Origin: a bacterium
GTDB taxonomy: Bacteria; Armatimonadota; UBA5829
Assembly (NCBI GenBank): GCA_021373255.1
Contig: JAJFTD010000123.1
Coordinates: forward strand, 2,351-66,350
Reading direction: 5' to 3'
DNA: 64,000 bases
Within the stretch, counting starts at the first letter, position 1. Every line of letters begins with the position of its first letter. Below are positions 37,166 to 47,100 of the stretch, in pieces. Below the pieces are notes generated by a model, which saw only the letters and a program-made list of their open reading frames with translations, made no database searches and was not told where the DNA came from. The translations under genes were made by a program, and so were the position numbers.

Positions 37166-37238
37166 TGTAAACCCTCACACGTGAATTTGTTGAGCAAAGA
37201 AAACTACACAATGCTCCGAAATATAAGCGACCGCCCGG

Positions 37239-38450
37239 CTATCGGAAAGATGAGCGATGCAGGCGGCGGTATTCGCCGGGGGTTTTACCCATGTATTTCT
37301 GAAAGACCTTGGTGAAGTAGCTCTGGTCGCTGAAGCCGCAGTCCAGGCAAATTTGTATTAGGCTCTTATCTGTGCGGGTGAGCAGCTCATGGGCCCTTTC
37401 CACGCGCATTCGGGCGAGCAGATCGGTGAATGAGTGGCCGAAGTGGTGCTTTACAACCCGGCTGAAGTGTGACGGCGACAGACACGCGACATCAGCGACT
37501 TCATCTCTCGATATTTCTTCATTTAGGTGATCCTGCATATACTTCAGCGCAGCGCCGAGAAGAACGGTGCTGGGATACTGGCGATTAGACTTGATGGCAT
37601 CCATCATCCGCTCGAGCATCGAAACCAGCCACGCGCACAAATCTTCCTCACTGTCGATCTGGGCGAGGTCGGCCACGGATGAGTAATTGGCGCCCAGAAG
37701 TTCGGCGGGATCGCCCCCAGCTTCGACTGCGCTTCGCGACATATTCACTACGAGTTCGAGAATGAAGCTCTTGAGAAGTGTCGGCCGGTCACGTCCGAGA
37801 AAGTAAATACCGACCAGAATCCTGTTTATGATCTCCCGCGCGGCCGGGCGGTCACCACGTTTGATAGCCGCAATCAAGCCCGGTTCTTCCATTAGATAAA
37901 TGTCTCTTATGGATTGGTAGTTCTGACCTTTGAGTTCGTGAATAGCTTCAGCGCGGTCGCTTTCCCGTTCGGCGGCTATGCGCCTGAGTTCAAGAAGTGC
38001 GGCGTTGGTGAGGTTAGCTTCCTCGGCCATAGTGAGCAAATCTGAGGCAGCCCTGCGGGTATCGGCAGGGGAAAGTGTGCCGCGCTCCCTGGCATAGGTA
38101 CCAACAGCTACCTTCTCGACAACCAGCCCACCGATCACAATCGAGTTCTCCATCACAGGCACGGCCCAAATCACATGGCCTCTGGGGCATACGATCATCG
38201 ATGGCTCACCCCAACGCAGCGCCTCCTCGATAGCTCGCTTGCGCGATTCAGAGCACATATGATCCTCAATCGCTCCCTGGCACGGAATCTTACCAGCCAG
38301 AGGAACACCATGTGCATTCGTGAGCACGCACGATAAGCCCCACAGACGCCTGTATTCCTGCGATAACGCATCGAATGTCGGCTTCACGTGGCCCAAAGGT
38401 CGCGAGGAGAACCTTACCGAACCCTGTTCCATTGTAAACTCGGTAGTCAT
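37239..38450 (-). CDS. AraC-family transcriptional regulator with an N-terminal sensory (PocR-like) domain
   Basis: C-terminal double HTH 'LSPSHFSRVVKHHFG...CGFSDQSYFTKVFQKYMGKTPGEYRR'. The N-terminal region of about 170 aa, with several Cys, is PocR-like by memory. Confidence 0.8.
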   Translation of the reverse strand: MTTEFTMEQGSVRFSSRPLGHVKPTFDALSQEYRRLWGLSCVLTNAHGVPLAGKIPCQGAIEDHMCSESRKRAIEEALRWGEPSMIVCPRGHVIWAVPVMENSIVIGGLVVEKVAVGTYARERGTLSPADTRRAASDLLTMAEEANLTNAALLELRRIAAERESDRAEAIHELKGQNYQSIRDIYLMEEPGLIAAIKRGDRPAAREIINRILVGIYFLGRDRPTLLKSFILELVVNMSRSAVEAGGDPAELLGANYSSVADLAQIDSEEDLCAWLVSMLERMMDAIKSNRQYPSTVLLGAALKYMQDHLNEEISRDEVADVACLSPSHFSRVVKHHFGHSFTDLLARMRVERAHELLTRTDKSLIQICLDCGFSDQSYFTKVFQKYMGKTPGEYRRLHRSSFR

Positions 38451-38545
38451 ATATAAACCAATATTACCTCATCTAGTGCCAACACGCAAGCAAAGTTGGT
38501 GGTATAATCAACTCATCAGTTTAAAGCATGTGGAGGTAGGGTAAC

Positions 38546-39652
38546 TTGTCCGTAAGAAACAGACACAACAGAGCGCTTCGGAAAGAGCCCAGACTGGAAG
38601 GCGTGGCGCCTCCGCAACTTCTGCGTGAAGATTTCGCCACACTGGATGCCAAAATGGTCCTCAGGTGCGCTTACGATGTGGAGCAACTTATACTGGCGCA
38701 GTCCATTCAAGGGCACGCGCATATGGGACACGGCATATTCTATGGAAAAACTTATCCCAACACTACATTGGACGATATTATACGCGCCTTACGCTTGGAG
38801 CCCGGCACAGCCAAGGACGAACGGCAGGAACTCATTGACGAAGTAATGGAATTCGTAGACAGGGTGGCGGCTGGAGAACACATTAAAACGGCTTGCAACG
38901 CCGATGGTGATCCGCTTGTCAGGTGTGGAATCCTAAGACAGCTTGAAATCGACCCAATGGGCGTATTGCAGGGTTTGTATATTGGTGGAATGAGGGATGA
39001 TGCCGAGATCAGGACATTAGCTAACAAACGATTCGGTGTAGAGATGGGTTATGGAAAGTGCTACCTTGTGGATCAGGTTGTATTGAAACGACTTGGGTTG
39101 GATGGGTTTGAACTAGCACGAGAAGCTCATGAAAACGAAATTGATGAGTTTGAGCGAGCAGGACTTTTCGCTGGTAATGGTGACCCGCATGTAGCTTATA
39201 TGTATGTGCGTTACAGAACTGGCCCGGGAGCATCAGATGACGCAGCGATTGTGATGGCGGGAAAAATGTTCGGTTTCTCAGCGGCTGTTGGATGCTTCCT
39301 TGCTGACGCAGTAGACACTCTGGAAAAATATGTGCCGGAGTATTCAGATCAGGACTCGGGGATCAGCGAACATATCGAGCAAGCGTTTCCCAAGCTGGGA
39401 GTAACCAAGGATGATGCAGTGGATCTGGCATATCTATGCGCAATACCGCACGAAATGGAGGGAAAGCTTCCGGACTGTTCACTTCGCCACCTGCTTCAGG
39501 TTGATCGAAGGTTGGATCAGTGCGCATTAGAAAGTCACTTGGCTTTCATAGCCGGAAAGCCCTATTCGATTATGAACTTGGACCATGGTGAATGCACCAA
39601 TCAAGAGTTTTATTATTACATAGATAAAAAATGGTCTGGGTTCCAAAAGTAA
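38546..39652 (+). CDS. Hypothetical protein (up to 368 aa, start uncertain)
   Basis: Long ORF divergent from the AraC gene, with no motif recognised. The listed start is a TTG; ATG alternatives lie at about 38654 and 38726. Confidence 0.5.
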   Translation: MSVRNRHNRALRKEPRLEGVAPPQLLREDFATLDAKMVLRCAYDVEQLILAQSIQGHAHMGHGIFYGKTYPNTTLDDIIRALRLEPGTAKDERQELIDEVMEFVDRVAAGEHIKTACNADGDPLVRCGILRQLEIDPMGVLQGLYIGGMRDDAEIRTLANKRFGVEMGYGKCYLVDQVVLKRLGLDGFELAREAHENEIDEFERAGLFAGNGDPHVAYMYVRYRTGPGASDDAAIVMAGKMFGFSAAVGCFLADAVDTLEKYVPEYSDQDSGISEHIEQAFPKLGVTKDDAVDLAYLCAIPHEMEGKLPDCSLRHLLQVDRRLDQCALESHLAFIAGKPYSIMNLDHGECTNQEFYYYIDKKWSGFQK

Positions 39653-39819
39653 ATCAACTCTATTTTGACTGGGCGATAATCACTACTTCAGGTGTTGGCA
39701 TTGTATAACTCGATAGCCTTGCCTTATTACGAAGACGAGTGCTGGGCGTAAGCTCACATCAGGCAAATATCAAGTTATGAACGTCCAGCACCCTATTTCA
39801 TACGAGGAGGATAAATGGA

Positions 39820-40263
39820 TTGAGATTAACCTGTTTTGTATGCAGTATAGTAGTATTAGCCACTTTGATTGGTTGCGGTGGTGGAGACGGTGGTGGATCG
39901 GCCGGCCCCAGTGTCACGATTGTTGTACCTCCAGGGGCAGCCCCTACCGGAATAACACCATCAGTGACCTATAAATCCGCAAGCCAGCTTCCTAATGAAA
40001 TCAGTCCAACCATATTCATTGCCGCTGCGCAGTGTTTGCCGGCAGGCACAGAATTCAGCACGCGAGCAACACTGTCATTCCATCTGGCCACACCTTTAAC
40101 GAATGGAATATCTCTCGGGCTCTTTGAGTGGGATGGTACAGGTAATTTTATAGAGAAAGATGTGCAGGAGTATACTATTGCCATCAGCTCTGACCGAATG
40201 ACAGTAAATGTTCATGTAGATAACTTCAGCCAGCAGGAATACTACGCTTTGCTTAAGATATAA
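39820..40263 (+). CDS. Small lipoprotein (147 aa)
   Basis: Lipobox 'ATLIGCGGGDGGG'. TTG start has GGAGG 9 nt upstream. Confidence 0.6.
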   Translation: MRLTCFVCSIVVLATLIGCGGGDGGGSAGPSVTIVVPPGAAPTGITPSVTYKSASQLPNEISPTIFIAAAQCLPAGTEFSTRATLSFHLATPLTNGISLGLFEWDGTGNFIEKDVQEYTIAISSDRMTVNVHVDNFSQQEYYALLKI

Positions 40264-40299
40264 AAACTACTGGACTTGTTAACAGGAACCAAACATAAA

Positions 40300-40330
40300 G
40301 GCGTGCGGAAAACTCCCGCACGCCTTATAT
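40300..40330. terminator. Bidirectional rho-independent terminator
   Basis: ggcgtgcgg aaaactc ccgcacgcc (40300-40324), flanked by aaa on one side and ttatatatt on the other, between convergent genes. Confidence 0.75.
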
Positions 40331-40380
40331 ATTCTTCTATCACCTAGAAACCTTCCGACAATCAACAAAATACTGTAGAT

Positions 40381-41067
40381 TTACTTTGCCGGCTCTTCAA
40401 TAGCAGTGGCACCGGCTTTTTCATTACTGTCTTTTCCAGATTGCTCATCGTTGATAATCTGTGTTTTCAGCTTAGCCACTGCGTCCCCAGCAGCAAGTGC
40501 GCGCATATCCTCTTCTTCTGCACTAACTGCTGATTGTGGAGTGCTTCCAGTCACCAACAATGTCTTCACTGGCTTTCCACTTCGAACGTTGACCAGTTCT
40601 ACCGCAACAGTCATCTGTGCCGTTTTCTTGGCAGAGTCAAACCGATAGTCCTCAATCGAGCCAGACATATAGAAGTCAGCTGAAAGTAACTGGGCAAGCT
40701 TAAGACACTTGGACCGATCCTCAGAGAATGGTGCGGAAACATCTTGCGTTTTGAGGCTGGCATCTTCTTTTGCACGCTTGATTGGTGCGAGCCGATCATA
40801 GAACATGTAAACCCAATACTTATTATTTCCCGAGAGCATGCTCCGAAGAGCCGATGCAATGTCTTCTCCAAAAGTATTAGGTATATTTACGCTCGCAGAT
40901 TTATCAAATGGAAATACTACAAGTGAAGACGAAGAAGTAACAGTAGCGCTCTTCTTTTTCGACTTCAATAATCCGAAAAGTGCTGCATCGGCTGACCCGA
41001 CTGCCATGGCACTAATTATGGCGATCAAGCTCAAGCTGAGCCAGAGCCGAGTTCTTCCGTTGATCAT
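40381..41067 (-). CDS. Secreted LpoB/CsgG/TolB-N-fold-like protein (228 aa), last gene of the envelope locus
   Basis: Signal peptide '...AMAVGSADA'. 'LVVFPFDKS...GEDIASALRSML...LSADFYMSGSIED...AQMTVAVELVNVRSGK' is paralogous to the N-terminus of the 605-aa protein. GGAGG RBS is present. Confidence 0.65.
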   Translation of the reverse strand: MINGRTRLWLSLSLIAIISAMAVGSADAALFGLLKSKKKSATVTSSSSLVVFPFDKSASVNIPNTFGEDIASALRSMLSGNNKYWVYMFYDRLAPIKRAKEDASLKTQDVSAPFSEDRSKCLKLAQLLSADFYMSGSIEDYRFDSAKKTAQMTVAVELVNVRSGKPVKTLLVTGSTPQSAVSAEEEDMRALAAGDAVAKLKTQIINDEQSGKDSNEKAGATAIEEPAK

Positions 41068-41113
41068 CGTAAGATAGCCTCCAAGCTTATGAATCAGTAA
41101 AAGTCAATGCGTA

Positions 41114-41137
41114 CGGTCCGAGCATTTGCTCGGACCG
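41114..41137 (-). terminator. Intercistronic hairpin (giant gene to 228-aa gene)
   Basis: cggtccgagc/gctcggaccg, a 10-bp stem with a 4-nt loop and no strong T-tract. Confidence 0.4.
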
Positions 41138-41163
41138 CGCTCTCATCAAATAAGCACCAGCAA

Positions 41164-44100
41164 CTACGGTATTGCCGGCGGTGCATCAAGTTCTTCTGCA
41201 TTCGCTGCGGGAGCCGCTAACTTTGCTCGACTCGTCAGCGAAGTAAGACCCTTATAAGTCGTATTCGGATTAATGATCAGTTCGCAATCAACGAATGTTT
41301 TGATCCAATATCCTGACCACGACTTCAATACTCGTTCTGCTCCAGCACGTGTAGCACTTACCAGAACGTATTGCTGCTGGTCAGCATCAAATCGCCAAGC
41401 ATAATCACGAATCCATCCAGCAGCACTGGCATCAGCAAGAGATTTCTCCACATTGAGGTATCTTACTTTAACCTCGCTAAATGGAATACCTGCATCTTCG
41501 TACGGAACAACGGTAGCACCAGTAGAATTCTTCCTCCAGTTGAAGAATATATTGCCGAACTGGTTCCATCCCGTATATACAGGGATCACACACGGTGCCA
41601 ATTCCGTCTGGCCCGTTACTGAATTGACCTGCGTACTGTAAGCCTTCGAATAGGCTTTGATCAGTCTGTATGTCCTATCGAATTCCAAAGGATATGTGGA
41701 ATTACCTGCAGCCAGTAATCCAGTGATATAGTCAACCTCACTTACAGACTCAGCCGGGTAATCTGTCTTCGGCTTAATCCATACAGCATCACCAGGTAGA
41801 ATTACAGGGAATGCCTGCAATCCATAACGGAAATATGCCCTGCCTCTCGGATCCCAGCGAACGATTTGCATCTTGCTGGCTCTCTCATACCCGAATATGG
41901 AACTCGGATCTGTGCCATTTATTACCATGGGCGGCGTGATCATATCAACACATGGCAAGTTAGCCGTTGCATTATTCGGCTGTGACGGATCCTTAACGGC
42001 AACTGTTCTCATAGGTCCGCCTACGGTTATCCTAACTCCATCATTCAAGCCATCATAGCTCTCATCAGTTTGAGCCTTGTCCCAGATAGAGTCGCCAGCC
42101 CAAAGCAAGCCCAAGCGCCATTCGCCACTCGTGCTTAATGTCAGGTTTTCACCCGTTATCAGAGCAGCATCGGAACCCTTAGGATAGCTGGGTATCTGGA
42201 CGTTTCCGATCCAGTAATCCGGGTCCATAAACTCATCATCAGTAAGCATTGTAACACTGGCTGTAAGTGAGAGTGATGTGGAATCAGGCTTGGTAACCTG
42301 CACCACAATATTCTCCAGCATAACATTTGAAGGCTTACTCGTTAAAGCATTTTTCGGGAACTTGATCTTTCCCTCAAGAAGCACATTTGTCCCGACTGCG
42401 GCATAAGATAGGCCCATAGCCGCAGATGGATTAGACTCATCTGCTTTTACCAGTTTTATATCATCGAAGAACGGTACCAGTAAAACCGGACCGAGCTTCA
42501 GTGATGGCGTTGCGGCAGCATCTGTACCATCTGTAGCTTCTACTGTATAGTTATGTTTTCCAATAGTAAAGCTAGTTCCAGGAACCGTTACCTTATATTC
42601 TACTCCAGCCGCGTAATTAGGTGTAGTGCCTGACACTGACCGAGTCATTACGAGCCGCTGTTGAGCAGTGGTGCCGCTATCAATTACCAGAGTTAAACCC
42701 TCTACTCTAGATGTGCCAGACATTGCTACAGGAGCATCGCCATCTGCATCCACATATGTAGCCTTGTAGGTAAATAACTGGGTAGTCTTACCAGCAGCTG
42801 GATCAACAGTATAACTTGTTATGGTCGGCGCAGCATTATGGTCTCTTACAACCAAATTATCTTCATATAAAGGATCAGCATATTGATAGCCATCATAGGC
42901 TTCAAATGCAACTGTATAACTTCCTGGAGCAAGACCTGTCTTCTCGGCATTGAAAACAGCGCCGGTCGCATAAACAGGGTTGGCATCCTTCGGAGTCATC
43001 TTTATGATTATCTCTGCAGGAGTCGCGCCAGCCCTTATTAATCTAACATAAACTTGAGGCGTCGGCGCATTCGTTACAGACCCGTCATAGTCGCGATATG
43101 TAACCGTAAACTTGAACGTTGTTGCAGTCTGTCCGGAGAACGGCTGCATAGTCTGGCTCGTTAGTGTCGGCTTGTAGTTTACCTTCAGAGAGTAATCACC
43201 GGCAGACGTAGCTGGGAATCTGACCTTGTGGTCCGGATCGTAGCCATCCGATGCCTCGAAGTGATAATAATGATTACCCTCAGGCAAGCTAGTCTGCTTA
43301 ACCTTAAGTAACACATCCTGAGTATAATCCGTCACAGGTGTCGTTACCGGATCCATTGGGATTCCAGATGTCTGGTTATCAAATACCAGCTTCACATAAC
43401 CCTGGACTCCATCATGATAACTAGGTGGATCGTTATCCGCGTCCTTATAGTTAATCCTGAATGTCAATGTATCACCGGCAAGGAATATTGTGCTTGTCGA
43501 ATGCTTGTCGAAGTAGTTCACGTATACCGGCGGCTGCACACCAGACTTCGGTACGTATTTAATATACACGCGCTTCGTTCCACTAGGAAGCGGAGTAGTC
43601 AGGGTGATCTTTGTATCATTGTCCTGTAGTGCCGGACCGCCCAGATAGTAATTTGTGTCTGTTACAGCGCAAGTCGAGGCAACATAAACACCAACAATAG
43701 AATCTATGCTATCGATCGCATCTGGAGTAACTGACAGCAGCGAACTTCCAATGTTACCGACAGTGCCGAACTGCACCATCGTAGCCGGCATCGCACCAAG
43801 AGCAGGGCTCAGACTTATCACGTTTCCTACTGTCGGATCAAACACATGTGCCGTGTCATAGTAATTTTGATCTAACGCAGTATTAGCATTGGCATTAAGG
43901 AACACCCCATTAACCTGGCGAATATTCTGCACCTCAGGAGCGGTCCAATTGCCATTAGAATCATAATTCAGCTCTACCTGTGTTGAGTCTACCACGGTAG
44001 CCATTTTCATCTTTGGACCGTAATAAAGCGATGTCTGCGCAGTATTGCTGATTACAGGTGCCTTGTTATCACTAGGCGGTGCGCTGGTAACCTTAGGACC

Positions 44101-47100
44101 CACGCCTTCGTTACCGGTCGGGTATATCACCTTATCTGAATAAGGCAGTGAGTCAATAAGCCAAGCCGGCTTATCCTGGTAACCACTACGGGCAGTAAAC
44201 AGATACTTATGATCACCAACCGCCAGCTTCGGAATAATAAGTGTATAAGTGATTCCAGCAACAGCAGTTCCATTCCCAGACGAGCGCATAAGCAATCCGT
44301 TGATCCTGAATGTTGTATCTTTCACAACATTATCGCCATTGACTCCAAGATCATCAGCTGCGATTGTGAGTGTATCCGTGCTATTACTCTGAATTAAATA
44401 TACACGATTGATTAACGGGCCAGATGTTATCTGCATCAGTTTTCCAGCGAACTGGTCCCTGGTAATTGTCGCAGCGGCACCCTTCTCATCTGTGAATGTT
44501 GCACGAAGTAAACGGAACTTATTACTTTCAAGCGGATCCGGCAGAGGAGCTTCGCTTACTTTGCCATTATAGAAATGATCCGTATTACCGTTGCAGTCGA
44601 CCCACACTCTTGGTGAACCGGAAACAGCCACTCCTGAAGCTACATCTCCAATTTTGTAAACATACGGCATATCGCCATCGGCATCCGAATAGGTAACACT
44701 ATAAGTAACGCTTGCATTAGCGGATATGCTGCCGCCAGAAGGATTGGGGCTGGCCGCGCCATCTGCAAGTTTTGGCGGGTTATTTACCCAAGGACCATCG
44801 AAGTCACGAATATCACCATCGCTGTGATCGTATTTAGGATTGTTCTTTGTATACACGTCAAAAATCGCTACCGCAGTACCATCAGAAGCCTCAAAGTGGT
44901 ATGTATGCTTGCCACTTGAGAGCGCTGTCGTTGAATATGTATAAATAGCTCCATCACGATATGCAGGCGTACCTTGAGTAGTTAACGTCATATCATATTG
45001 CTGATCATCGATTTTCACTCTTACATAAGTCGGAGCCTGTCCATTAGGACCATCCTGGTCACGATATTTGATAGTATACACATACTGTGTGGTTCTGCTA
45101 CCCTGAATAGGCGAAACAGCATCCTTCCGAACATCTACCAGTTCCAGCGTCGGAGGTGTATTGCCGCCAATTTTCACTTGCATCTTTGTGCCGAAAATAT
45201 AAGTTGCTTTTAGTTTACTGGCAGACACAGGATTAATGAAGCGAACCTTTGCATTTAAGCGGTCTATATTATAATCACCGAGTTGGTAGTAATTCGCCCA
45301 GAGTTGCGTGCTTATATCTGCACTCGGTATAGCACTAGTTAATTTCAGGCTACCGTCACCCAGGTTGTCTGGATAGCTCGTTCGTCGCGGGTCATAATAA
45401 TTTGTGCCCTCGCGCTCTGCTGACTGCCAAACGCCCAGAACACCATTCAGCGGATCATTATCGCCATCCGTTCCCTTTACATAAAACCGAAGAGGATACT
45501 GCGTCGGCAAGAATGCAGTGAGTGGATCTGGATCAATAAAACTTGGAACGCCTCTACCCTGATGCGTAAAACGGATATCGGAATACTTGATGTATACTGT
45601 ACTCCCCTCGATATTATCGCCTACCTGAGTCAACCAGATTGAGCTATCGCCACAGTTGTATCCAGATCGGAAATAAGAGATGAGCACACGATTATATCCA
45701 GATTCATCTCCATTAGCAGCAGCAATGTTGAGGTGTACCTTATTATCAGTAGGACCAAAATTGCCAGGACCAACATAAAGATTTGTTGTTGTATCATCAC
45801 CATATATATTATAAACGGCGTCAACATCACGTATTCTCGACGGATAATCGGGTATTACTGTCTTTCTGGTTTGATCAGAAGTATCGACCCAACCGTATTG
45901 CCATTCATTAGTACCGTTCCGTCCTGGTTCGACATATAGATTGCTTGAATCTAGATTGCTTGTATCGTTTCTCAGCGCCCCAATTGATGTATATACGCCC
46001 TCGACACTTGCTATCAAAGATGGATACTCAGGTACTACGACGCACTCATCAGACAGCGGGTCGGTATTAGCAATCGCATGGCCCCTCATAACAGAATAAC
46101 GACTATCAGCCGGATCAACAGTGGCGTCCTGCCACCCACCCTTTACATCGTCTAACCGGAAGAGCTCGTTTGGATTAACGCCTGCATTAATAACCTGGGC
46201 ATCATAGATCGTGCCTGCTGGTGCAGGGAGTTCATTCGATATTGGACCCACGATCGGGGCACCGGTAATCGGAACTTCAATCTTATAATTAATATCGTCC
46301 AATTTTGTCATGTCCTGATTGCGCACAACACTGGCTGAAGGAGAGGGCGCAGTAGGATCATTAGCTGGACGATATTCAGCCCAATTCACGCCATCAAATG
46401 CGACAAAGGCATAATAGTACTGTTTCGAATACTCGTGTTCAGACTCTTTGCCCTCGAGTCTCGTCTGATAGTGATATGCTACCCCATCGCTGTATACGGA
46501 ATCACCGGAATTGTCTTTGACCATATCGTGGCCCTTATCCCAAAGGATAGTCTTGCCATCAGGGTAGTCAAGGTCATTAAGTTTGCTATCAGGCTGGAGT
46601 TGGCCGATATACACCTTCATAACAGTGGGGCCCTCTTTGGCACTATCACTGTCGCTGTAGGTAACATGGAACGTCCATATAGTCGCTGAGTTGGAAGAGC
46701 CGTCAGCAGAATCGAAGCCGCCATTGGTAAGAGTTGGCGGTTTATTTTCAGTGATTGTAGGGCCTGTGAACCAACCACCAGTAACAGGTAACTTTGTTGT
46801 CTCGCCAGCCACCAGATCATTAGGGTCTGTTTGACGGCCCCAATCATCTACGAACTCGAACCTGTATTCCCATATTCCCGGCTCCATTGTTGAAAGATCC
46901 GAACTCGCCACGGTGAATTTGTAGTAGATACCATTTTTGTACACTGTGGAATTATTGTTTAAAGGATTCAACAATCCATCCGGCAACATCCTGAATTGCT
47001 TCACACTGCCAGGATTATCCTTTTTCCTGATATATAGATAGGCAGCATAAGGACGCTGACCATCTGGATCAGTATATCTAACTTTATATTCGAATCCTGT

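Noticed and set aside
39777-39974. 65-aa ORF overlapping the start of the lipoprotein gene.
   Set aside because: It is in a different frame from the ORF that has a lipobox and a well-spaced GGAGG, and its translation is W/R/C-rich and implausible.
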